The position numbers and the translations under genes are program-made. A DNA stretch of 64,000 nucleotides from an uncultured Clostridia bacterium (GTDB lineage Bacteria; Bacillota; Clostridia; TANB77; CAG-508). The notes beneath the pieces were generated by a model. It did not search any database. It saw nothing but the letters and a program-made list of their open reading frames with translations, and was not told the origin of the DNA. This document shows, in pieces, positions 1 to 9,206 of this stretch; position 1 is the stretch's first letter; every line of letters begins with the position of its first letter. The stretch covers positions 4,730 to 68,729 of the forward strand of contig CANRBI010000001.1 in the NCBI GenBank assembly GCA_947628775.1, read 5' to 3'.

Positions 1-713
1 ACAATTTGAATATTATCAATATAATGAACTAAACTCTCAAAAATTTCAACAGTTCTTGTTTTACCAAGACCAAACTCTCCGCCACCAAAAAATAAAACCG
101 TTTTCAAATTATTTGACAAACCAAAACTATTTAAAATATCATCTCGATTATAATCAGCTAAAAATCTATCGGAAATAGGTATTCCAGTAGAAAATACTTT
201 ATCCTCATCAATATTTTTAGAAACTAAATATTCTTTCATCTTATCATGAGCAACAAAAAAATAATCAGTATAATCTTTACCAATAAGCCATTGATCATGT
301 GGAGCAAAATCAGTTAAAATAGTTGCAATCTTTGCATCTATTTTCCCTTTTCTCTTTAAATAACTACACATTTGACTACCAAAAGGATGAGTAGAAATAA
401 TAATATCAGGATTAATTTTCCTCAATAACTGTAATAATTTAATAGCCATAATTTTATTTGACCTAGAAGTAATATGAGCCAAAGGACCTTTTTGAGAGTC
501 ATTATAAATTCTACCCCAAGCCCAAGGCATTTTTTTTGCCATTTGACGATAAGCAGAAGTAGTTAATTTTTCCAAAGCCAAATTAACATATTTCATACAA
601 TCAATTAATTCAACATCTAAATTACCATAATTTTTATTTAAACATGCTTCAATAGATTTAGCAGCATTTAAATGTCCACCACCATATGAAGCATAAAATA
701 TAACAATTTTCAT
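1..713 (-). CDS. ugtP: Processive diacylglycerol glucosyltransferase (UgtP/MGDG-synthase family, GT28). This is the N-terminal ~237 aa; the gene continues beyond the window start.
   Basis: Reverse-strand translation from the ATG at 713-711 reads MKIVIFYASYGGGHLNAAK...NPDIIISTHPFGS...LTDFAPHDQWL...STGIPISDRF. This matches the B. subtilis UgtP N-terminal motifs (YGxGH, PDIII(N/S)T(F/H)P, TDF..H, TGIPI). An RBS aaagggg lies upstream on the minus strand. Confidence 0.7.
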   Translation of the reverse strand, partial: MKIVIFYASYGGGHLNAAKSIEACLNKNYGNLDVELIDCMKYVNLALEKLTTSAYRQMAKKMPWAWGRIYNDSQKGPLAHITSRSNKIMAIKLLQLLRKINPDIIISTHPFGSQMCSYLKRKGKIDAKIATILTDFAPHDQWLIGKDYTDYFFVAHDKMKEYLVSKNIDEDKVFSTGIPISDRFLADYNRDDILNSFGLSNNLKTVLFFGGGEFGLGKTRTVEIFESLVHYIDNIQI

Positions 714-830
714 AAAAACCCCTTTTAAAAAATTTTATAAAACCATTTTATCATATTTTAAGCAAAAATACAAAAAAATTGTATAATTTTTTCAAAAAAA
801 ACCAAAATATAGATAAAAGAAGGTGATTAA

Positions 831-1313
831 TTGAAAAGAAACATAAAGAAAATATCAACAGTAATAGTAATAATAGCAATATTTACAATAAGTATAATAA
901 CAATAGAAAAAAATACTCCTAAAATAGCTACAACATATGCTAAAACCTCAAACTCCACATCAGATGTTCAATTAATGGCAAGAGCAATAAATGGAGAAGC
1001 AAGAGGAGAACCATATGAAGGACAAGTAGCAGTTGGAGCAGTTATATTAAATAGAGTAAAAGACTCAAAATTCCCGAACACAATAGCAGGAGTAATATAT
1101 CAATCAGGAGCATTTACAGCAGTATCAGACGGTCAAATAAACCACCCAATAGCCGAAAACTCCACAGTATACAAAGCAGCAAGAGATGCAATAAATGGAT
1201 GGGATCCCACAGGAGGATGTATATATTATTTTAATCCAGCAACAGCAACAAGTAAATGGATATGGTCAAGACCATTAGTAAAAACAATAGGGAAACACAG
1301 ATTTTGTAAATAA
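831..1313 (+). CDS. sleB: SleB/CwlJ-family spore cortex-lytic cell wall hydrolase (Hydrolase_2 domain), TTG start.
   Basis: 160 aa with an N-terminal signal/TM segment, then ARAINGEARGEPYEGQVAVGAVILNRV...GAFTAV, which is the hallmark SleB/CwlJ catalytic-domain motif. RBS gaaggtga precedes TTG 831. The next gene is ypeB, as in the Bacillus sleB-ypeB operon. Confidence 0.85.
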   Translation: MKRNIKKISTVIVIIAIFTISIITIEKNTPKIATTYAKTSNSTSDVQLMARAINGEARGEPYEGQVAVGAVILNRVKDSKFPNTIAGVIYQSGAFTAVSDGQINHPIAENSTVYKAARDAINGWDPTGGCIYYFNPATATSKWIWSRPLVKTIGKHRFCK

Positions 1314-1333
1314 AAGAAAGGAAAGAAACAAAT

Positions 1334-2707
1334 ATGAATAAAGTTCAAGATTGGATACACAGATTAAAAAAAGGACATATGCTTAGTGTAATAGGAGTAT
1401 TTCTAATAATAATCATAGCCTTAGGAATAATATTATATCAAAAAGAAGTGCAAGCAAAACAAGTATCAGAAAATACCTACAATATGGCATTTTATGAATT
1501 AGTAGACTATGTAGAAAATGTAGAAACATATCTAGCAAAATCACTAATATCTACAACAGCAGAACAAGGAGCAGAAACTCTAACAAATGTATGGAGAGAA
1601 GCAAATATGGCACAAACATATTTATCAAGACTACCAATAGAAAGTCAAGAACTAGAAAACACACAAAAATTCTTAAATCAAGTAAGTGATTACAGTTACT
1701 CATTATCTAGAAAAAACATATATAATGAAGACTTATCAGAAGAAGACCTAAAAAATTTAAAAGACCTACACAACTATAGTATAGATTTAGAAAACACCTT
1801 AAATCAATTATCAGAAGACTTAAACTCAGGAAGAATAAAATGGGGAGAACTAACCAAAAAAGGAAATACAGCATTTGCACAACAAGTAAGTACAGAAAGT
1901 CAAGAAGGATTCAGTAGCCTAGAAGAGAACTTTCATGAATATTCAGGACTAATATATGATGGAGCATTTTCAGAACATATAACAAATCAAGAAAAAAAGG
2001 GATTAACAGGAGAAGAAATAGATGAAGAAAAAGCACAAGAAAAAGTGCAAGAATTCATAGGGAAAGACCAAATAAAAGAAATATCAAAACTAGGACTATC
2101 AGAAAATGCAACAATACCAGCCTATGGATTTACAATACAAACAAATCAAGACGAAACAATAAATATATCAATATCAAAAACAGGTGGACATATAGTATAT
2201 ATGAATCATGACAGAGAAGTAAATTCAGAAATAATATCACAAGAAGAAGCAAATAATAAAGGGAAAGAATATTTAACACAAAAAGGATTTCCAAATATGA
2301 AAGAAACATATTACCTAAAACAAGAAGGAATAATGACAATAAATTACGCATACAACCAAGACAATGTAGTAATGTATCCAGACTTAATCAAAGTAAAAAT
2401 AGCATTAGACAATGGCGAAATACTAGGAATAGAAACAACAGGATATTTAAATAATCATACACAAAGAGATATAACAACAGTACAAATAACAAAAGAAGAA
2501 GCCAAAAAAACACTAAACAAAGAACTAAACATACAAAGTGAAGGATTAGCATATATTCCAACAGAATGGAAATCAGAAATATTATGTTATGAATTTAAAG
2601 GCAAAGTTGATGATAAAGAATTTTTAGTATATATAAATGCAGAAAATGGAAGAGAAGAAGATATATTAGTAATAAAAGACACCCCAAATGGAGTATTAAC
2701 AATGTAA
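1334..2707 (+). CDS. ypeB: Germination protein YpeB (PepSY-domain protein partnered with SleB).
   Basis: 457 aa with an N-terminal TM anchor and a long coiled/acidic middle region. The C-terminal region fits PepSY-type repeats (ISKTGGHIVYMNHDREV..., YLKQEGIMTINYAYNQDNVVMYPDLIKVKIALDNGEILG). It sits immediately downstream of sleB. RBS aaaggaaag precedes ATG 1334. Confidence 0.75.
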   Translation: MNKVQDWIHRLKKGHMLSVIGVFLIIIIALGIILYQKEVQAKQVSENTYNMAFYELVDYVENVETYLAKSLISTTAEQGAETLTNVWREANMAQTYLSRLPIESQELENTQKFLNQVSDYSYSLSRKNIYNEDLSEEDLKNLKDLHNYSIDLENTLNQLSEDLNSGRIKWGELTKKGNTAFAQQVSTESQEGFSSLEENFHEYSGLIYDGAFSEHITNQEKKGLTGEEIDEEKAQEKVQEFIGKDQIKEISKLGLSENATIPAYGFTIQTNQDETINISISKTGGHIVYMNHDREVNSEIISQEEANNKGKEYLTQKGFPNMKETYYLKQEGIMTINYAYNQDNVVMYPDLIKVKIALDNGEILGIETTGYLNNHTQRDITTVQITKEEAKKTLNKELNIQSEGLAYIPTEWKSEILCYEFKGKVDDKEFLVYINAENGREEDILVIKDTPNGVLTM

Positions 2708-2724
2708 AAAAAGAGGTACTATTA

Positions 2725-4302
2725 TTAGTGCCTCTTATAAACATCACTAGAAAGCAAATAAGTACCAACAACTTGCCCATTTTGCTTCAAAATCTTATAA
2801 GCCTGGGAATAAATTGCAGTAGAAGTAGTACGAGTAATATTATTTGTAATTTGAACCTCATAATCATTATCTCTTTTTAAACCTAAAATTTGAAAATTTG
2901 CAATACCATTAGCAACAGAGCAAACCAATTTAACAGGATAATCTCTATTATTTTTAAACTTAAAATCAATAGCACCATAAACAACAGTTGCATCACGGCT
3001 AGCAGGAGCATAAGAAGGAACAAACTGATGATTAGTTCTTTCAACAATTTCCAAATTAGCATAAACTACAGCATTATACAAAGTAGTAGTTATTTGGCAA
3101 ATACCTCCACCAACACCATCAACAACTTCACCACTAACATAAATTGGAGCCTCTTTATAACCTGCCGAAATAGTCCTTTCACCGACCACCTTATTATAAG
3201 AAAACGTCTCACCAGGCATTAAAACAGTACCATTAATTTTACTTGCAGCTAAATACAAATTATTAGACCTATCCCTATCTCTAGTTGAATATTTGGTAGA
3301 ATATGAAGAAAGTACATTAGGAAAAGCCTCTCTACCTAACATATTTGTTGTAATATTAGGAAATAAAACTTTTAAAGGAACAGTATATTCATCTTTATCC
3401 TCATTAAGCATATTTTTTACCTCATCGACAGAAGAAGCAAAATCTATACCATTTTCACTAGGAAAAACACTATAAGGATTTTGAGTAAAATAAGCATCTT
3501 TAGGTTCCTTATATAACTCTGTATGAATAGCATCAATATCTAAACTTGCGGGTTCAACAGTTTCCGTAATTACAGGAATAGAAACATCTTTAATATTAAG
3601 ACTTTTAATCTGATCAATAATATAATCAGCAGTTTTATCAATATCAATAACACTACCAGTTTTACCCTTTGTTAAGATAAGATTACTATCTTCAATATAA
3701 TAACTACTTTCAATCAAACGATCAGGTAATTTAGAAGAAATATCTTCTAAACATTTTTTCAACTGCTCAATATCTAAAGTCAAAACAGGTTCAATTTTAG
3801 TCTTAGCAAAAAATGATTTTAAAGTAGCAATATCATTTTTAAGCAAATTATCTTTTTTTCCATATGTATAAGCCAAATTAACAGCAGAAGCTGTATCAAA
3901 ATTAATATTTAAATCTTTTACAGGAATAGAAGTTTCAAAATCATTATGAGAAACCTTAATTTCTTCTGGAATATTAGAAGAAATATAAGTATTTAAACTA
4001 TCTAAAGCATCATCTTTAGACAAATTTGAAACATCATGTCCACTAATAAACACATTATGCATAATAGATTTTTTGTTAGCAGTATTCACAGAAAAAGCAA
4101 CAAAAGCTGTTAATAAAATTGACAAAAAAATGATAGCAAAAATTCCAAAAGTTTGAAAAATACCAGTTGATTTTTTAACTTTAGAATAATCAACAGGATG
4201 AAAAACTTTACTATCAGAATCTTTATTAACATCTAATTTCTCAATTTGATTATCAGATTTATCTATTAAGTTATCATTTTCAGCAACTTCATCTTTAACC
4301 AT
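2725..4302 (-). CDS. VanW-family protein (membrane-anchored, vancomycin-resistance protein W-like).
   Basis: 525 aa with an N-terminal TM segment (IFAIIFLSILLTAFVAF). The C-terminal VanW domain reads TFSYNKVVGERTISAGYKEAPIYVSGEVVDGVGGGICQITTTLYNAVVYANLEIVERTNHQF...TVVYGAIDFKFKNN. RBS aggaga precedes the ATG (minus strand, 4302). Confidence 0.8.
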   Translation of the reverse strand: MVKDEVAENDNLIDKSDNQIEKLDVNKDSDSKVFHPVDYSKVKKSTGIFQTFGIFAIIFLSILLTAFVAFSVNTANKKSIMHNVFISGHDVSNLSKDDALDSLNTYISSNIPEEIKVSHNDFETSIPVKDLNINFDTASAVNLAYTYGKKDNLLKNDIATLKSFFAKTKIEPVLTLDIEQLKKCLEDISSKLPDRLIESSYYIEDSNLILTKGKTGSVIDIDKTADYIIDQIKSLNIKDVSIPVITETVEPASLDIDAIHTELYKEPKDAYFTQNPYSVFPSENGIDFASSVDEVKNMLNEDKDEYTVPLKVLFPNITTNMLGREAFPNVLSSYSTKYSTRDRDRSNNLYLAASKINGTVLMPGETFSYNKVVGERTISAGYKEAPIYVSGEVVDGVGGGICQITTTLYNAVVYANLEIVERTNHQFVPSYAPASRDATVVYGAIDFKFKNNRDYPVKLVCSVANGIANFQILGLKRDNDYEVQITNNITRTTSTAIYSQAYKILKQNGQVVGTYLLSSDVYKRH

Positions 4303-4769
4303 TTTAAATCTCCTAAAATCATATTCTAATATATTATATCACTTTTTGTAGTAATTTGTCATTATATTTTCGAATTTTTATATACAAAAGCAATTTTACT
4401 TAAAAATATTATAACAAATGAAAATAACAAAACATCAAAATCAGCATAATAAAAATTACGGAAATAAGGGATTATAGAAAAATAAAACAAAGAAAACTTA
4501 AAATATGACAAAAACATTACAAAATTGTAAAAAAAACTTAACAAAAAAACCTGAAATGACCTTCCGTAAAGTAATAATAAATGCCTAGAAATACATGGAA
4601 AAAATTGCTATTGTAATTTAAAAAAAAATAATTTATATTAGACTTAAGTAAATATATAATATGCGAGAGAAGGGATTAATGATGATACAAGGTAGACACA
4701 CGCAATTTTTAGAAAATAGTATTAATTCTATTTTTCAAAACAAAGTAAAACAAGGAGGTGTTGTATAAA

Positions 4770-7700
4770 ATGAACAAAAAGAAGGACAAAGTAATAGCGG
4801 TATTTATACTTATAATTATGCTAATGAATATGTTATCAGGTATAATAAGTGCAGATTTTGAAACACAAGTAGAAGATACAAATGTATTTTTTGATGTATA
4901 TTTTGATAATGAAAGTCATAATACTGAAGCTAATATAAATGAACAAACAATGCTTACAGCTAACATCAAAATTGAAAATGCGGGAGTTATTGATAATGCT
5001 AAAATAAAATTTGATAATCCAAATTTTAAAATAAATGCTGATGATATTGACCAAAAATACATTAAAGAAGTGAACAAAGAAACAGACGAAATAACACTTA
5101 GTCAAATAACAACAGGAGAAATAAGTATCAAAATACCAATAATATTTGAAAAATACGGAAAAATAGATATATCAGAATTATCAAAAGCAACACCAATAAA
5201 ATTCACTGGAGACTATAAATGTCACTCAGAAGAAATAAGACAAATAGAAAAGAACATGGAAATTGTAGTAAATTGGGTATCATCACCAACAATAGAACTA
5301 CAAAGTGAATACACAAGTTATTTTTCAGACAATTCTCAAGTAATATTAGAACAAACAATAACTTCTACTGATAATGACAAAATGCCAAAACAAGCAGAAA
5401 GAATAGAAGTACAAATTCCAATATTAGATGAACAAAAACCACTACAAACAAAAGTATTAATAGATGATATGATAGCAAATGAAGAATACAAAATAGAAGA
5501 AAATAGCTTAATAATAGAAAACACAAACGACTTATGGGAGAAAAATCAAGACAAATATACCATAATATATACATATCCTGAAACAGTAGAACTAAAAGAA
5601 AGAGAAATACCACAAAACATACAATGTAAAACAAGATTTTATGGAAAATCAGAAATAGCAGAAACACAAAAAAATGAAACAGAAATAGTACAAGAAAAAG
5701 GACAAGCAATACAGACACAATATACATCTACAGAAAGTGTATATAAAGGATACATACAAAATGCTGCAGAAAGAAATACAACAATAGATGAAGTAACACA
5801 AATAAAATTTTTAAAAACTGAAAAAACAATAAAAGAAATAGAAATGGGAACAACAAGCCTTGTTGATGAAAATGAAAATCAGTATCCTATAGAAAATGTC
5901 CAATACGAAAAAACACTACTTAATAAAAAACAATTAAAATCAGTTTTAGGTGAAAATTTTGTACTAACATTCATAAATCAAGAAACAAATGAATTAATAG
6001 CAACAATTGATAGTAATACAAAAGAAGATGAACAAGGAAATATTACTATAGAATATGAAGACAATATTCATAAAATAAAAATACAAACAGAAAATGAAGT
6101 AAAAAATGAAGGTAAAATAACAATTGCAAATGTCAAAAATATAATAGGAAATACAGGATATACAAAAGAACAAATAAAACAATTCAAACAAATAAATAAT
6201 GAAGAAAAAATTAAAGAAATAGATGATACACAAACAGAAATAGCAGTACAAACAGAATTAAAAGATACTGAAACAAAAGCAGAATTAAAAATAAGTACAG
6301 AACAATTAATATCATCACAAACAAATGAAAATGTAGAAATAGAAGTAAATCTATTATCATATAACATAATGCATGAACTATATAAAAATCCTTTAATAGA
6401 AGTAAACTTACCAAAAGAAATACAAGATATAAATGTAAAATCAATAAAAAAGGTATATTCAGACGAATTATCAGTTCAAGATGCAGCATTAATAACAAAT
6501 GACCAAGGACAAAAAGTAATACAAATTCAAATGGCAGGAGAAGAAACACAATATAATAATTCAACATTTAAAGGAGCAACAATAAAAATATTATGTGATA
6601 TAGACTTGAAAAATAAAGAACAACTAGAAGAAGAATATAAACAAGAACAACAAAATCAATCATTAGAAGAAAATCAATTACAAGAACAAATTGAAAATGC
6701 AACTCAAGAAGAACAACCAGAAACACAAATATATACATCACAAATACAAGTAAAATGCACAAATGAAAATTCAAATCAACAATATGAAGAACAAAAAGAA
6801 GTAAAAATTTTAGCATTGGAAGAGCCAAAACAAGAAGTACAACAGCCAGTAGAAGAAAATATGACAGAAATTCAACAAACATCAACAACAGAAGAACAAG
6901 AAGTAGAAGAACATACAAATGAAAAAATAACAATGGAAGTACTACCAAAAACTAATGGTGAACAACTAAAAGATGGAGAAGATGTATATGAAGGGCAAAA
7001 TATATTCTATCAATTAAAAATAAAAAATGTATCAGAAAATGATATACAAAATGCAAAAATAGCAGTAACACATGAAAATGCAATATTCTATCATAATGTA
7101 AGAACAGAAGTTGAAGTAACAGATGAAGATACGGAATCTAATTATGAAGATATATATGAAGAAGATCCAGAACTAAAACAACTAGATATAGATATAGGAA
7201 CAATAAAAGCAGGAGAAACAATAGAAAAACAATATGAAATTTCTGTAGCAGAAGTAGAAGAAGAAGGACAACTTTCAGGAAATATAGTAGTTACAGCTAC
7301 TGATATGGAAAATTTAGAAGTAGAAACAAATAAAAATCCTATAAAACAAGCTGATCTAAAATTAGTAATGTCAATTAATAATTTTTCAAATAAAAGAGAA
7401 TATTATTCAGATCAATCATTAGAAATCCGACTTTCACTTACAAACTTTACAGATGAGCAAAAAGATGCAGATATATATATTCCATTACCAGAAGGAATAA
7501 GTTCTCAAGAAAGACAAGGAGAAGAAGATGAAAACTTTGAATATTTGGGCGTAGAAAATGGAATGTTACATGTAAAAATAAATAATATACGAGCAAAACA
7601 GGTAAGGAACACATCTGTAAAATTATGGATAGATGAATTTGAAGATGAATCAGATAAAAAACAATTTGAATTTTATGCAATTTTAAAACTAAATGAAGAA

Positions 7701-9206
7701 GTTAATTTAAGAACAAATTTTGAAATAATTGAAGTTGCTAGACTAAGAGAACAAGATGTACCTTTACAAGTTAACTTAATTTCGACACCAGATAATAATA
7801 CAGAAGTTTCAACAGGACAACAAATTACTTATACAGGTATAGTACGAAATTATGGATTACAAGATATTGAAAATATTGAAATAGCAATCCAAAAAACAGA
7901 AAACATTATAATAGATAGCATAACAATAGAAGGGGCTGTGGATCAAGAAACACAAGATTATGGAGAAAATTTCATAATATCAAAAATAGCAAAAAATTCA
8001 ACAGCAACAATTACAATACAAGCACATATAACAGAGGATGAACAAGCAGTAACGACACAAGAATTATATGATACATCACTTTATTTTAATGTAAAAACGG
8101 AAGAATATGAATTAATGTCTCCAGAAATAAATCATGAAATAGTTATAGATAATCAAGGGACACAAGATAATCCTTGGTATGGATATCCAGTAAGTAATGG
8201 TAAAATAAGTGGAACTGCATGGATAGATAGTAATAAAGACGGAATAAAAGATGAAGGAGAAGAACGAATACCAAACTTAGAAATTGTACTAATAAATGCA
8301 TTTGAAGATGAACAAGAAGTAATGTATAGTACAATAACAGATGAACAAGGAAATTATGAATTCTCAGATTTAATAGAAGGAAACTACATTATAGGATTTA
8401 ATTATGATAATGTTAATTACCAAATGACAGAATATCAAAAACAAGGAGTATCAGAAAGACAAAACTCAGATGTAATCACAGAATATTCAAGTGATGGTAA
8501 ATTATATGCAATTACAGATATAATAAATGTATCAGAAAAATATGTAACAAATATAGATGCAGGATTTATACAAAAAGATTTATTTGACTTAAGTATGAAA
8601 AAATATATATCAAGAGTAACAATAAGAGATAATAAAAATAATGTTACAACAACAAATTATCAAAATACACAATTTACAAAACAAGAAATACCATCAAAAA
8701 CACTAGAAGGTGCAGTTGTTTTAATAGATTATGACATAGTAATAACAAATGAAGGAGAACTTCCAGGATTTATTGATGATATAACTGATTATATCCCAGC
8801 AGATTTACAATTCCAATCATCAGTAAATAAAGATTGGTATCTTGGAACAGATGGAAATTTACATACTAATAGTTTATCACAAGAAATAATACAACCAGGA
8901 GAAACAAAAACAATAACATTAGTATTAACAAAACAAATGACAAAAACAAATGTAGGAATGATTTCAAATACTGCAGAAATTAGTGCAGCACACAATGAAA
9001 GAAATTCTCAAGACAAAGATTCTATACTAGGAAATAGACAAGATGGAGAAGATGATATAAGTAATGCACAACTATTAGTTTCTGTAAAAACAGGATTAGT
9101 ACAAAGTGTAAATATAACAGTTATTATAACAGTATTACTTGCTATAGCAATGATAATATATATAATTAGAGGAAAGGAGGATGATGAAAGTGAAGATAAG
9201 ACATAA
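4770..9206 (+). CDS. Giant cell-surface protein A1 (~1478 aa). Signal peptide, acidic low-complexity linkers, DUF11/Cna-B (SdrD-B-like) repeat domains, and a C-terminal sorting signal LVSVKTG + TM + RGKEDDESEDKT.
   Basis: Probable start ATG 4770, 11 nt after RBS aggagg. The track ORF begins at GTG 4758, which lies inside the RBS. The protein starts with the signal peptide MNKKKDKVIAVFILIIMLMNMLSG. A Cna-B/SdrD-B-like block reads GTAWIDSNKDGIKDEGEE...TDEQGNYEFSDLIEGNYIIGF. A DUF11-like C-terminal module ends ...NTAEISAAHNERNSQDKDS...LLVSVKTG, followed by a hydrophobic stretch and a basic/acidic tail. It is paralogous to the 44505..49445 product. Confidence 0.8.
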   Translation: MNKKKDKVIAVFILIIMLMNMLSGIISADFETQVEDTNVFFDVYFDNESHNTEANINEQTMLTANIKIENAGVIDNAKIKFDNPNFKINADDIDQKYIKEVNKETDEITLSQITTGEISIKIPIIFEKYGKIDISELSKATPIKFTGDYKCHSEEIRQIEKNMEIVVNWVSSPTIELQSEYTSYFSDNSQVILEQTITSTDNDKMPKQAERIEVQIPILDEQKPLQTKVLIDDMIANEEYKIEENSLIIENTNDLWEKNQDKYTIIYTYPETVELKEREIPQNIQCKTRFYGKSEIAETQKNETEIVQEKGQAIQTQYTSTESVYKGYIQNAAERNTTIDEVTQIKFLKTEKTIKEIEMGTTSLVDENENQYPIENVQYEKTLLNKKQLKSVLGENFVLTFINQETNELIATIDSNTKEDEQGNITIEYEDNIHKIKIQTENEVKNEGKITIANVKNIIGNTGYTKEQIKQFKQINNEEKIKEIDDTQTEIAVQTELKDTETKAELKISTEQLISSQTNENVEIEVNLLSYNIMHELYKNPLIEVNLPKEIQDINVKSIKKVYSDELSVQDAALITNDQGQKVIQIQMAGEETQYNNSTFKGATIKILCDIDLKNKEQLEEEYKQEQQNQSLEENQLQEQIENATQEEQPETQIYTSQIQVKCTNENSNQQYEEQKEVKILALEEPKQEVQQPVEENMTEIQQTSTTEEQEVEEHTNEKITMEVLPKTNGEQLKDGEDVYEGQNIFYQLKIKNVSENDIQNAKIAVTHENAIFYHNVRTEVEVTDEDTESNYEDIYEEDPELKQLDIDIGTIKAGETIEKQYEISVAEVEEEGQLSGNIVVTATDMENLEVETNKNPIKQADLKLVMSINNFSNKREYYSDQSLEIRLSLTNFTDEQKDADIYIPLPEGISSQERQGEEDENFEYLGVENGMLHVKINNIRAKQVRNTSVKLWIDEFEDESDKKQFEFYAILKLNEEVNLRTNFEIIEVARLREQDVPLQVNLISTPDNNTEVSTGQQITYTGIVRNYGLQDIENIEIAIQKTENIIIDSITIEGAVDQETQDYGENFIISKIAKNSTATITIQAHITEDEQAVTTQELYDTSLYFNVKTEEYELMSPEINHEIVIDNQGTQDNPWYGYPVSNGKISGTAWIDSNKDGIKDEGEERIPNLEIVLINAFEDEQEVMYSTITDEQGNYEFSDLIEGNYIIGFNYDNVNYQMTEYQKQGVSERQNSDVITEYSSDGKLYAITDIINVSEKYVTNIDAGFIQKDLFDLSMKKYISRVTIRDNKNNVTTTNYQNTQFTKQEIPSKTLEGAVVLIDYDIVITNEGELPGFIDDITDYIPADLQFQSSVNKDWYLGTDGNLHTNSLSQEIIQPGETKTITLVLTKQMTKTNVGMISNTAEISAAHNERNSQDKDSILGNRQDGEDDISNAQLLVSVKTGLVQSVNITVIITVLLAIAMIIYIIRGKEDDESEDKT

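Noticed and set aside
5365-6948. Numerous 60-180-aa minus-strand ORFs rich in Leu/Phe/Ile/Tyr embedded in the large + strand genes (e.g. 5365-5727, 6211-6567, 6568-6948, 19284-19808, 33115-33792, 38538-39296).
   Set aside because: These are antisense frames of A-rich coding sequence, which lack stops and translate to poly-hydrophobic junk. They have no RBS and overlap well-supported genes.
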